From positions 189,906,001 to 189,970,000 of the forward strand of contig OZ024743.1 in NCBI GenBank assembly GCA_964016885.1: a stretch of 64,000 nucleotides of DNA. The letters run 5' to 3'. Each line of letters opens with the position of its first letter. Position 1 is the first letter of the stretch. A program made the position numbers and the translations under genes. The notes under the pieces are model-generated. The model was not told the DNA's origin. It ran no database searches and saw only the letters and a list, made by a program, of their open reading frames with translations. The DNA comes from Eledone cirrhosa (taxonomy: Eukaryota). Below are positions 1-13,380 of this stretch, piece by piece.

Positions 1-3000
1 TATTAATTGTTCGTTGAATCCATACGTACATATATATATGTGTGCATGTATGTATATATATATACATACTACTGTACGTCTGTATACATATATGTATGTA
101 CGTATACATATTTATATTTAAGTAACAGCCGTACTAAGAGTGAGAAATGAAATTTTGGTTCATACTTTCCGTTTATCGTTTCGGTATGCCCGTCCGATTA
201 ACTCACTCGATATGCAAATTAGGCTGCTCATCCGTTAATATGCATAAGGAAAGTATATACTTTCAGACGTTCAATCATCTGGCAGGAAGGTATAATTTGC
301 TGACGATAGCTAATAAGCTTGAAACTAGTACAGCGTTCCTTTGTCAGTGTTGAATAAATGAGCAACGATGGTTGCTAAACACTGTACGGCTTAATTCGGG
401 ATGTTTGTTTACAAACACACCGAGCATTATAAAAAATGTTCGGTGAATCCATACGTATACATATATATATGTGTGCATGTATGTATATATATATACATAC
501 TACTGTACGTCTGTATACTTATATGTATGTACGTATACATACATATATTTAATTAACAGCCGTACTAAGAGTGAGAAATGAAATTCGTTTCATTTTTTCC
601 GTTTATCGTATCCGTACCCCGGCCGATTAACTCTCTCGGTATGCAAATTAGGCTGCTCAGCCGTTTATATGCATAAGCAAAATATATACTTTCAGACGTT
701 CAATCATCTAGCAGGAAGGTATACGTTGCTGACGATAGCTAATAAGCTTGAAACTAGTACAGCGTTCCTTTATCAGTGTTGAACAAATGAGCAACGATGG
801 TTCCTAGACACTGTACGGTCTAATACGGGATGTTTGTTTACAAACACACCGTGCATTATAATAAATGTTCGTTGAATCCATACGTACATATATATATGTG
901 TGTGCCTGTATGTATATATATATACATACTACTGTACGTCTGAATACATATATGTATGTACGTATACATACTTATATTTAAGTAACAGCCGTACTAAGAG
1001 TGGGAAAGGAAATTTCGTTTCATTTTTAACGTTTATCGTATTTGGTGCACGCGGCCGATTAACTCACTCGATATGCAAATTGGGCTACTCAGCCATTAAT
1101 ATGCATAAGGTAGTATATACGTTCAACAATCTGGCAGGAAGGTATGTTGCTGATGATAGCTAATAAGCTTGAATCTAGTACAGAGTTCCTTTGACAGTGT
1201 TGAACAAATGAGCAACGATGGTTGCTTAATTCGGGTTGTTTGTTTACAAACACACCGAGCATTATATTAAATCTTCGTTGAAACCATACATACATATATA
1301 CATGTGTGCATGTATGTATATATATATTCATACTACTGTACGTCTGTATACATATATGTATGTACGTATACATATTTATATTTAAGTAACAGCCGTACTA
1401 AGAGTGAGAAATGAAATTTCGGTTCATACTTTCCGTTTATCGTTTTCGGTATGCCCGTCCGATTAACACACTCGATATGCAAATTAGGCTGCTCAGCCGG
1501 TAATATGCATAAGGAAAGTATATACTTTCAGACGTTCAATCATCTGGCAGGAAGGTATAATTTGCTGACGATAGCTAATAAGCTTGACACTAGTACAGCG
1601 TTCCTTTGTCAGTGTTGAATAAATGAACAACGATGGTTGCTATACACTGTACGGCTTAATTCGGGATGTTAGTTTACAAATACACCGAGCATTATAAAAA
1701 AAATGTTCTGTGAATCCATACGTATATATATATATATGTGTGCCTGTATGTATATATATATATACATACTACTGTACGTCTGTATACTTATATGTATGTA
1801 GGTATACATACTTTTATTTAAGTAACAGCCGTACTAAGAGTGAGAAATGAAATTTCGTTTCATTTTTTCCGTATATCGTTTCCGTACCCCGGCCGATTAA
1901 CTCACTCGGTATGCAAATTAGGCTGCTCAGACGTTAATATGCATAGGGAAAGTATATACTTTCAGACGTTCAATCATCTGGCAGGAAGGTATACGTTGCT
2001 GACGATAGCTAATAAGCTTGAAACTAGTACAGCGTTCCTTTATGAGTGTTGAACGAATGAGCAACGATGGTTGCTAGACACTGTACGGCTTAATACGGGA
2101 TGTTTGTTTACAAATACACCGAGCATTATAAAAAAATGTTCTGTGAATCCATACGTATATATATATATGTGTGCATGTATGTATATATATATACATACTA
2201 CTGTACGTCTGTATAGTTATATGTATGTACGTATACATACTTATATTTAAGTAACAGCCGTACTAAGAGTGAGAAATGAAATTTCGTTTCATTTTTTTCG
2301 TATATCGTTTCCGTACCCCGGCCGATTAACTCACTCGGTTTGCAAATTAGGCTGCTCAGACGTTAATATGCATAAGGAAAGTATATACTTTCAGACGTTC
2401 AATCAACTGGCAGGAAGGTATACGTTGCTGACGATAGCTAATAAGCTTGAAACTAGTACAGCGTTCCTTTATGAGTGTTGAACGAATGATCAACGATGGT
2501 TGCTAGACACTGTACGGCTTAATACGGGATTTTTGTTTACAAACACACCGAGCATTATAATAAATGATCGGTGAATCCATACGTACATATATATGTGTGC
2601 ATGTATGTATATATATATACATACTACTCTACGTCTGTATACATATATGTATGTACGTATACATACTTATATTTAAGTAACAGCCATACTAAGAGTGAGA
2701 AATGAAATTTCGTTTCATTCTTTCCGTTTATCGTTTTCGGTACCCCGGCCGATTAACTCACTCGATATGCAAATTAGGCTGCTCATCCGTTAATATGCAT
2801 AAGGTAAGTATATACGTTCAACAATCTGGCAGGAAGGTATACGTTGCTGACGATAGCTAATAAGCTTGAAACTAGTACAGCGTTCCTTTGTCAGTGTTGA
2901 ACAAACGAGCAACTATGGTTGCTGGACACTACGGCTTAATACGGGATGTTTGTTCACAAACACACCGAGCATTATAATAAATGTTCGTTGAAACCTTACA

Positions 3001-3153
3001 TACATATATATATGTGTGCCTGTATGTATATATATATATATATACATACTACTGTACGTCTGTATACATATATGTATGTACGTGTACATACTTATATTTA
3101 AGTCACAGCCGTACTAAGTGTGGCAAATGAAATTTCTTTTTATTTTTCCGTTT
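1..3153 (+). repeat. Tandem array of ~425-bp hammerhead-ribozyme-containing units (putative non-LTR retrozyme); 7 HHR copies, runs off the left edge
   Basis: Unit recurs with CTGANGA cores at 300, 729, 1150, 1565, 1999, 2428, 2847 (spacing 415-434 bp); array ends at ttttccgttta followed by (TA)n; no consistent ORF. Confidence 0.92.
723..765 (+). ncRNA. Minimal type I hammerhead ribozyme (representative copy of the array unit)
   Basis: Stem I acgttg/cagcgt, core CTGACGA, stem II agct-aata-agct, GAAA, palindromic stem III ACTAGT, predicted GUA cleavage after 759; intact copies also with cores at 1999, 2428, 2847. Confidence 0.9.
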
Positions 3154-3893
3154 ATATATATATATATATACAGGGTGTGTCTTATTGTGTATGAGTGTCT
3201 TTTTCTATGAGTAAGAGTTCATCGTTTCATCGTGCAATTAACTTGGCAATCCAATAAGAACAATTATCATAGAAAGCAGCTGTTTAATTCCCACTCGTAC
3301 ATTGTTTAATGAGTAATACCACGAAGAATCATCAACGTGAAGCTATAAAAGAACAAGAGACATTTATCATGAAGTTTTGTATAAAAATCAATGGCGAACT
3401 TGTGTTGTATTCCACTATTATATTTACTCATTATAATTCCACTATTATATATACTCATTATAAATAGACTGCTTCCTATCAAGAGAAGTTTTCAGATTTA
3501 CTTCTGCTAATTATGTTCAACACGAATATCGTGTCTAGCATGTTAAATAATTATAATACAACCTTGTCCAATTGTAAGCTGTTTCAATTACATGATGTTT
3601 AACGTGTCAATTATTGGTTTGTCAATTGATACACCTGAGTGCAATCATCAGCAAACAGTTTCTAATGGGAGAAAGAATACACAAGCACTAACATCCTGGA
3701 ATTACATGTCATATAATATTCAATTTCTTTTATCTTGATTATGAGCTTCAGCCCTGTTAATTGTAATATAAATTTTATCCTTCCAAATGTAACATACTAT
3801 TGTGAATTTAATCGACAGAAGATCTTGCCTGCAACGGCAGGATCGTGCTAATAGCAGCCCCACACACACACAGATAAAGATATATATACAGAT

Positions 3894-4038
3894 ATAATTG
3901 TTTCCACTTATGGAACAAGGCCAGCAATTTATTTTATCGAAGGCAAAGTTAACCTCGGCGGGATTTGAACTCAGGGCCGTAACTCTATGCGTCAAAGCAT
4001 GGCGTCCAACCTTCTACCGATACTGCCAATCCACCGCC
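3894..4038 (-). mobile_element. tRNA-derived SINE family 1 (internally deleted)
   Basis: Reverse complement has A box ggattggcagtatcgg, B box gagttcaaatccc and 3' aaacaattat as in the other copies. Confidence 0.85.
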
Positions 4039-4689
4039 TATATATCTATATATTATATTATATATAGAAAGAGATTCATGTTTTGTGAATATAAGTTTAA
4101 AATTTGAGCGAGATACGTCTCATTTCAAAACCGAAGACTGGTAAATACAACACTCCATGAGCAACTGAAGTCCTTTAATGGTTGACTCGTTTTTATTATT
4201 GGATGATTCGTGTAAAGGAAGAAAACATTAACATTATTATTATTACTTATAATTGAATGATTAACAATTATTCTATTACGGTAGCTATAGATTCAAGATA
4301 AATATACGTGATATGAGTTAAAAGAAAAAAGACATTGAGACAATTGAGTCCCACCAAGATGTATCTATCATTGTTAAGAATTACCTATCGATTTCTAAAT
4401 GATTATATATGCTTAGAGTCAGTTTCTTCTATAGATTCTCGTCTTCTCTCCAACGTTTTGATGACCCAATCCTTGGTAAATTCGAATGCGGTGTCAACGT
4501 TAGACTCTCTCCAGTGTCTCGTGACATGGTTGCGTTGCCTAAACGATTTAGGGACCTAGGACTGTGTAAATTCTTGTTTCTGTCTCTTCCCTGTTGTTTT
4601 ACTTCATCCATACTTGTTGCCCTCTGGTGGGTAACAACTTTTCCTTTCTAAAATGGGCTAGTTTCAAAAGAGCAGTGGATGAAGCTCTA

Positions 4690-5420
4690 CTATATTTGAG
4701 GGAGCTAGGTTTGCCAGTCCTAATAGAGAGTAGAATAAACTGAAGCAGAGAGTTTAGGACAATTTACGTTCGTGAAAAATCTTCAAAACTCACTTTGATC
4801 AATCTGATCAATTTTCAAGGTGTCACTTAATTTCCGCGAGTGCACATTTCTCTGGAGACTAAAATTGGTGGCTACTCAGTATGGATGAGCCCCACATCTC
4901 TATTGCACACAGAATGAGAGTTGATATCTGTGGGGTATTGAAATGTCGCTGTTGTAGATCCCTTGATTCTACAAGTCGCCATAGCTTGTCTAATCGCTTG
5001 AATGCAGATTGCTTCTCTCGTAATAACTTAATTACTAATCAGGCATACGCTTGGGTAAATATCCACTTAAAAGAGCCGGTTGGGGTGACCGGAGTTGATG
5101 GAAAGAGACCAGATGATCTCAAGCTTTGTCCCTTATTTGGGACACCACACTCAGCGTCTGTTTAGTGTCTTCACACATACTGGATGCTGCAGTAAAATCA
5201 GGGGTCACTGCTCCTGTAGCCGAACGGAATAAAGTCCTAAATAACCCAGAATTACTGGCAAACTATTTATTCCAATCTGTGGCATTCGAGACGTTTAGGG
5301 AAGCTGGATCACTGACAACGAAGTTCTTATCATTGGTGCCTTATCAAGGCATCCGGTGATCTCCCTGGTGATGCTTGGTTGTTCTAGCACCCCAACCTCG
5401 GTAATATTACGAGAGCATCA
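4690..5420 (+). pseudogene. Decayed 3' part of a CRE-like non-LTR retrotransposon (C-terminal restriction-like endonuclease)
   Basis: Translations give C-x-C..RH..N, EP..DGKRPD, LIWDTT and AFETF motifs across frameshifts. Confidence 0.7.
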
Positions 5421-5970
5421 GCGTGATCTGATATATATTAGAGGGAGACCCCTGCGCCTTTTATTGTGTGTGACCGATTGCCACATATTTCGTAATTCTC
5501 TTTCGTTTTGAATTTATATTTTTACGTATTGTATATATTATTTGTAAAGTTAAGTTACAATGTAAATAGCTGAATAAATATTAAACTACAAGGAAAAAAT
5601 ATTTTGCGTCACTTTATTATGATAAGTAACGGAAATAAATTTAATAAATTTTAGAGGCTTTCTTTCCTTTGACGAAATGTATATATAATATGATTCAATA
5701 AATATATTATTTGTATAAAGGAATAAAATTGTGTCGTGAAACAATGCGTGAATATATGTACAATTACTTCTCACACACTTATACAAATATATTTTCTCAA
5801 TTTTACTTTTGAAAAGCATAAGAACTGTGAAACCGGTAAAGGAAATAAATAAATATTCTTAAAAATACTCCACTTGCATTTTCAATTTCTTTTCCTTTTA
5901 CTTTCTCCCATGTAGGATATCTCGTTTTTTTTTCGTTTTTTTTTCGTTTTTTTATTAAAAAAAAACATGT

Positions 5971-6009
<39 letters not shown>

Positions 6010-6011
6010 GA

Positions 6012-6057
<46 letters not shown>

Positions 6058-6247
6058 CGAAAGAGGTGTGGTAAGGAGCCAGATGGACCATAACGCACCA
6101 GAGTACTCAATATTTAGGGTTTTAGAGTGGGTAATAGGAAAATGTCTGACCCCGACGGCAGAACTCAAGCCGTTTCGACGGCTATTTCTGGACTCCAGAT
6201 ATAGCTGTCGAAACGGCTTGAGCTCTGCCGTCGGGGTCATACATTTT

Positions 6248-6252
<5 letters not shown>
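6058..6252 (-). mobile_element. Short (TA)n-flanked PLE terminal-repeat fragment with a 119-bp palindrome (6134-6252)
   Basis: Near-perfect inverted repeat centred on 6193; contains hairpin + GAAA-CGGC-TT, the 3' half of an HHR. Confidence 0.65.
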
Positions 6253-6288
<36 letters not shown>

Positions 6289-6544
6289 GTGTGTGTATGT
6301 GTGTGTATATATATAAATATATATGTTTATTTATTAAGGGCAGTTACTACAATGGAGTCATACCAAGTACGTATGTTTTGTTGGTCCGGTGCACCAGCAG
6401 CTTGTTCCACCTGTGCCGCTGAAAACAAACTGGAAATATAAATCTAATTATATTAGAACTTGCCCTAGTGTGTTGAATTGCACTCTAACTTTGATATATT
6501 TACCAAACTATTAGTTATGAATAGACCTATATTTTTTCTAAAAA

Positions 6545-6700
6545 CCTGTTTTCCAATTCCACCCCGCCCGGCCCTTCAATCTTTCTAATTTCTCATTCTT
6601 TCTTCTGATGAAGGACTAACCTGCTATTTCAAGCGTTAACCTAATATTCCTTCCGTATACTGTATTGATTGTGTTGTTATTTCTGTTTACCTTTTACACA
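6545..6700 (+). mobile_element. PLE terminal-repeat fragment (family shared with 8790-8970), HHR partly deleted
   Basis: Clear similarity to 8790-8970; tctt-CTGATGA-aggac at 6601-6616; ends at (CA)n. Confidence 0.55.
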
Positions 6701-6784
6701 CACACACACACATTTCTCCCCCCCCCCCCCTCTCTCTCTCTCTCTCTTTAAAAATATATATATTTATAAAATTTTCCCATGTTC

Positions 6785-7225
6785 TATATCATGAAGATCA
6801 AAGGTGTGAAACGTTCTGGATTGCGGGGAAGTGTGCTAGAGAAAATCTCTATATGGCTGGAGTAAAATATGTCAGATATGATTGGGGTGCACCTGCTCTG
6901 ACTGATGCAGAGTAGAGCGAGGCATGGAAGTCTTACCACGATAGACTGTTGAACGAAAGGTTTAAATGGCACAGTGAGGAACTTCCCTGCGAATACGCAT
7001 CTGATGGACTAGTCATAAAAGTTCAAAGCCTTGTGATAGTCAAATCAATTTAGTATATGAAAGCAAGGAAGTCAGCTTGAGAAATTGTTGTAGTTGCCGA
7101 ATTGCTAAAGATATCGAGCATGGTAGGTTACGAACTACAAATACACAATTAATCAAGTAATTCTGGATGATATCATACGTAATGAAAATGCAGTGGTTGT
7201 ATCATTACAGACTGCTACAATCGAG
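6785..7225 (+). pseudogene. Old RTE-type LINE remnant
   Basis: Translation AWKSYHDRLLNE..., MKARK..., multiple stops. Confidence 0.5.
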
Positions 7226-7259
7226 GAAATTCACGCCAGATAGATTGGTTTCAACGTGA

Positions 7260-7910
7260 ATGGAAATGTAGCCTTTAAAGAAAGTGATAAGCTCTTTTCT
7301 AAGCCTCTCAATAGGTCGGGCTCCACACTTAGTCATAGTCAAAAGAACATCATCGGTACAGACCCCCGCCTACATTAGGGAATCCATCCTTGATGGAAAA
7401 GAGTAAAAATAAAGCAATAAGGTCTGTGACTACCGCTGAATCGCTGGTACACATGCTCACGTCAAATGAGGTACTATTTGATTTCTTAAGTCAAATAGAG
7501 TTGCCGAAATTATCAGAGATTTATTTAAGTGGAGAGCAACTTCGGAATCCTCCGTGAGGGTTTTGGGGGAAATTAATATCTCTAAGAAGGAGTGGTAAGT
7601 TGATGGAAAAATAGTAGTTATTGACGTTGAATTAGATAGAAAGGGGCCACATCTCTAATTTTGGGTATAATCCTAATTAAAAATCTTTTACTAAACCTAC
7701 TTAAATTAGACATAGTGGGGTTAATGAGCCGAATAGATGCGCTTTTTAAATTGAAATTTAGTTTATGATCCTTCAGAGTAAAATGAACAGAAATAGTGTC
7801 CAGAGATTCAGTCAGGTCCTGGATATTAAGTTCCGAAGTGATTTTTAAACCAGCGTTGTTGATGTCGTTAATAACATTCCGATCGATTTTCCCTTAATCT
7901 TTGGTCACGC
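7260..7910 (-). pseudogene. Decayed Penelope-like RT fragment
   Basis: Minus strand encodes HKLNF..SIRLINPTMSNLSRFSKR..RIIPKIR and a frameshifted GGLYRDD, colinear with the 19420-20358 and 18678-19442 ORFs. Confidence 0.78.
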
Positions 7911-7927
7911 CATTATGTAGCAAATTA

Positions 7928-7989
<62 letters not shown>

Positions 7990-8789
7990 TCACGTGTGTG
8001 TATGTATGTACGTGTCTACTATTACATCTCACAGCATAACTCAGTATTCCGTGCAACAGCTGCAGTCCGTATTTTGAAACGCACTAAATAGGATGTTGAT
8101 GACTTGCAGAACTGACTAGTAGTCATCGGTTTTAGTATCTGAAATGTGATTACTTATGCATATAAATGTATTCAGTCTTAAAGTAATGTTACATTTACTG
8201 TTATCTTTATTGTTAAATTATGCAGTAGAATTAGTGTCGGTAGATGTGATAGTCGTTAACAAATTGCAAAAATAGTATTGGCGAATTTAATCAGACCATA
8301 TATATACAACACACACATACATGAATAAAACATGCATTTGGGCGCGCACTCGTGCTCATGAGCACGCACATGCGCACACATGCACATACATATATGATAA
8401 CTCTATATCTCTATATACACGGAATAGAATTAGATAAGACTGCGTAAAGGTGTATATAAATTTATACCCTTTTGGTGTATAGATATATAATCATGCCAAA
8501 TATACGTATCCCCTTGTAAATTGATAAATGGTAACCATCTTGAATTGATTAACGAATCTAGTTGCGTTCCATACCAGAGGGGGAACGAGGGAAATACAGT
8601 TAACTAACGCACTCAGTACATTAATAGAAAAAGGTTATATTCATTTTATATAGAAATGACTTCTACGGGACTAGAACTCTTCCTTTCATTTCTATATGAA
8701 ACGAATAAACAAATAAGTAAGGAAATAATACACACACAGACACACGCATTTATATATATAAAGAGATGGGAACTTGTATGGACCTGTTG

Positions 8790-9087
<298 letters not shown>

Positions 9088-9122
9088 GCATGCAGTCAAA
9101 AAAAAAAAAAAAAATCTATATA

Positions 9123-10023
9123 CGAGGTGTGTTAGAAAAGTTGAAGGACTGATGTCACAAAGATTTATTTCAAACCCAAACTTCACACTAAGAGTTTTCT
9201 CCTTCAAAGTAATCCCCCTGGAGTATGTGACTGTAATCTTAGCTCTCTGCAGCGATCAAACTTTTTTCTTCATAATTTTATATACATATCCTCTGTTTCA
9301 GGTCATCAAGCAATGAGCACAGAGCAACGAACAAACTTGAAAACTCCGTCAGAAGCACTGGGATTGCTGCGGCAAGTGTATGGAGATGAGACGATGTCAC
9401 GCTCATGTGTTCTTGAGTGGTGCAAGAGGTTTAAAGAAGAACGCGAGGACGTGGAAGATGATCCCAGGAGCGGAAGGCCCTTAACAACTAGGACTGAGGT
9501 CAACGTTGAGCGCATCAGGCAGATTGTGCGTAGCGATCGTCGGCTGACTGTTCGACTGATGGCAAATGAGCTGGGCATGAATCGGGACAGCGTCTGGAAG
9601 ATTCTCACTGAAGATTTGGACATGCGGAAAGTCTTCGCGAAGATGGTGCCAAAACTGCTGAACGATAACCAGAAGGGTCGACGCATGCAAGTGTGCCAGG
9701 ACATCCTCTGCGTCATGAAACCGAACCAGACTTGCTAGGGACAGTCATCACCGGTGATGATTCATGGATCTTCGAGTACGACCCGGAGGGGGCCCGTTTT
9801 GAAGACGAGGACGACATCAAAAATCAAAAAGGCCCTGACGACGGAACTGCGGAGGATCCCGGAAGAATCCTTCCAGGAGTGCATGCAAGCGTGGCAGAAA
9901 AGGGTGGAAAAGTGCATTAGACTCCAGGGGGATTACTTTGAAGGAGAAAACTTTTAGTGCGAAGTATGGGTTTGAAATAAATCTTTTGTGACATCAGTCC
10001 TGGAACTTTTCTGACACACCTCG
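9123..10023 (+). mobile_element. Mariner (Tc1/mariner) transposon, internally deleted, TA target duplication
   Basis: TIRs cgaggtgtg...cacacctcg flanked by TA; transposase motifs EDDPRSGRP, KMVPKLL, ITGDDSWIFEYDPE, GDYFEG; frameshifted and lacking most of the DDD domain. Confidence 0.95.
9313..9957 (+). pseudogene. Mariner transposase pseudogene
   Basis: ORFs 9313-9738, 9693-9920, 9754-9957 join into an HTH region, first catalytic D and C-terminus. Confidence 0.92.
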
Positions 10024-10749
10024 TATGTTTTAGAAAATGTGTGAAATCCTTTGTATAGTTAGGTATGTTTGAAAAAATGAAAAAGACTTCACTTGTAGTT
10101 CTAAACAATTTAACCTTATAATATTACAATTTTACAATTGAACAGATACGTATGAATATATACAGTTTCGTATAGATAGAGACATGCTCCTGCACACGTA
10201 TTCACGCGTGTGTGGGTGAATGTAGACGTCTATGCATATGTGTATCTATATGTCAAATGAGATATCCATGTGCGTATATGTATGTATGTGGGTACATATG
10301 TGTACATATGTATGAATCTACATACATATGTGTGTATGTGGATATAGACGTGGGCCGCGTGTTCATATATGTGCATATGAATATACATGCTGTTAAAAAT
10401 GTGTATATAAATTTACTTCTGCATATATGTATATATATATGTGTTCACATGCATATATGTAAATGTATGTATGGGTCTATGTGCACGTATATGTGTATGC
10501 TTGTTTGTATGGACATACATGTGTGCATGTATGTTTATAGGAGTGGTGACACGTAGCTTGGTGACTTGGGTATTCTACTCACGACTGCAAGATCATGATT
10601 ATTTCACGTTTCCCCTCAGTTGTACCTATAACTCAGGAGGGTCAGCCTTGTCACACACTGTAGCACACTGAATCTCCCTGAGATACATGCCAAGGATACT
10701 TGTGTTTGTGGAATGTGTACATGGGGGTATATGTAGGTGTGTTTGTATG

Positions 10750-10810
<61 letters not shown>

Positions 10811-11673
10811 CTTGCGCGTACGGGTGCATGTATGTGTATGCATGTTTATATATGTGTGTATGTTTATGCATATGTGTGTAGAGGTGTAGCTATGCATATA
10901 TGTGTATGTATATGTGTGTGTATGTATGCGTGTATGTGTATGCATGTGTGTGTGCATGTATGTACATATGCGATGACAGTGGGAGTTCGGTTCTTCCACG
11001 TTCGGTCCATATCGTTGAAATAGTTGTTGATGTGCTTGTTGACGTTCTCTTCGTCACTGACGTTGTTACGGTCGTTATCGTCTACGTCGTTGTTATAGAT
11101 GTCGTTATAGCCGTTGTTGTTGTCATCGTCGTTAAAAAGCATTTGGCCATTATAATTCACTAGTATTTTATTCACCAAAGGGCATCTATTGAAATGGAAC
11201 CAGCAGGGGAACCTTTACAACCCTTTTCTAAAACACTCATTAACTTTGCCTCTAGGGACCAAATCTGACCATCACATCCGGTTCCCTGAAACCCAACACC
11301 TCTCAACTCCACTCTCAATCAATAAACTTGCTTTTACTATTTTCTGTCGTCTTTTTGAATATATATTCTTTAATTCCTTTAAATCTTCATCAACACTCCT
11401 TCACTTCCATCGTCATTACCCCCCTCCCCCCAAACAAACACACACCAATATCTCATATATAAAGTCACACATTGCAACGCAACTTTAGATCAGTTTGACA
11501 ATAACCACCGACGAATGCGACAAAGTTCCACAGGAAAGTTAACCAGGAACCTTAAAAAAACCTTCACACCGAAGTTAACAAAGAACTTACTAGATTTACA
11601 TACCAAAATTGTAAAATTGTAATATTATAAAATTAAATTGCTTAGAACTACAAGTGAATTCATTCTTTTCTTT

Positions 11674-12282
<609 letters not shown>

Positions 12283-12299
12283 AGAGAGAGAAAGAGAAA

Positions 12300-13380
12300 T
12301 AGAGAGAGGTCCCTCCCAGTCAACACTGCTTTAGTGCAATCTAACAGGGAGATTCCAAGTCTATATAAAAGAGAGATGTACCTCATAGATAGACAGCTTA
12401 GCTAGAAGATTATCATACCAGACATCGGAAAACGCTTTGTTGATATCAAGTTCAATGACATTGCTTTCACTGAATATCAACGTCGAATGGCCACTCTAGA
12501 ATGGCATAGGAGAGTCGATGCAGAAGTAGATCTGGCCCGAGAGAGGGTGTGCTGTGTTACTGTGTAGATAATCGTTTATTGTTTCGGGCATTTCTCACTA
12601 ACTACAATAGTCACGTACTTTTTCTGGTGGTAGATTTATCACTCCTCTGTTTTATACTGTTGGAGGAGAGATGAAGAATATGACATAAAACATTTGGGAT
12701 GCCTCAAATAAGAACGACAAGTTGATAACTAACTGGGCCAGAATGATTGTATTTCTTTGGAAACATAAATGTTGTAGCATGTTTAGCAGATCAGAGTAGT
12801 TCTCTATAGAGTGAGAGAAATATTTCAGATATTGTCCAGAATACAGGAGAGTAATGGACAAGGAGTTATCGGAATTGATGGCAGCCTTATTGATTTGAAG
12901 TGGTTTCGGATTAGGTGTTGATGTGTATGTGCTTGTAGAACCTATAGAAGGAGAGCAATTTTAGACGAGTCTTGTTGAAATAGAGGCAAAGGAGACAGAA
13001 AATATTCTCCACTAGAGTGCTATTCATGAAGTCTAATTGAAGTGGATAGGGTTTTTTCTCAAATGAATAGAGTTCCTTTTTTTAAATGACTAATAACAGT
13101 CTGCAGTTTGGGAGATGGGAGTGTTTTCAGGCTACGAAATGTGCACAAGCTACCTTTACATCTTGGTTGGTTCGTAGTCTAAGGACTTCAAAGGTAGATA
13201 AAATATGCCTTTTGATAGAGAAGAATTAGCTTCTCCAAATATTTCATGCCGTTTTCGTTATCGTATGACAAGTGATAAACATGTGATAAACTACCGGAAA
13301 GGGTACCGCTATATATCAGGAGCTTGACGTATCTCGATGAATACTTCATTAATTTTGTAATGCAGTTATTCCTTAAAATC
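12300..13380 (-). pseudogene. Old CR1/Jockey-group LINE RT remnant
   Basis: Minus strand near 12380-12460 encodes ELDINKAFSDVWYDNLLAKL (LDISKAFDRVWH-like). Confidence 0.6.

Noticed and set aside
147-2481. Short repeated ORFs in the 425-bp array (GRLTHSICKLG...)
   Set aside because: Frames, starts and stops vary between units and there is no protein motif; conservation is explained by RNA structure
1-3153. CRISPR-like or plain centromeric satellite reading
   Set aside because: No unique spacers, eukaryotic context, and dispersed copies with defined ends plus an HHR argue against a simple satellite
3569-3654. Possible HHR on minus strand (ttg-CTGATGA-ttgca...tgtaa-tt-GAAA-CAGCT-TA-caa)
   Set aside because: Stem I only 3 bp and stem III irregular; may be a decayed copy but is not supportable alone
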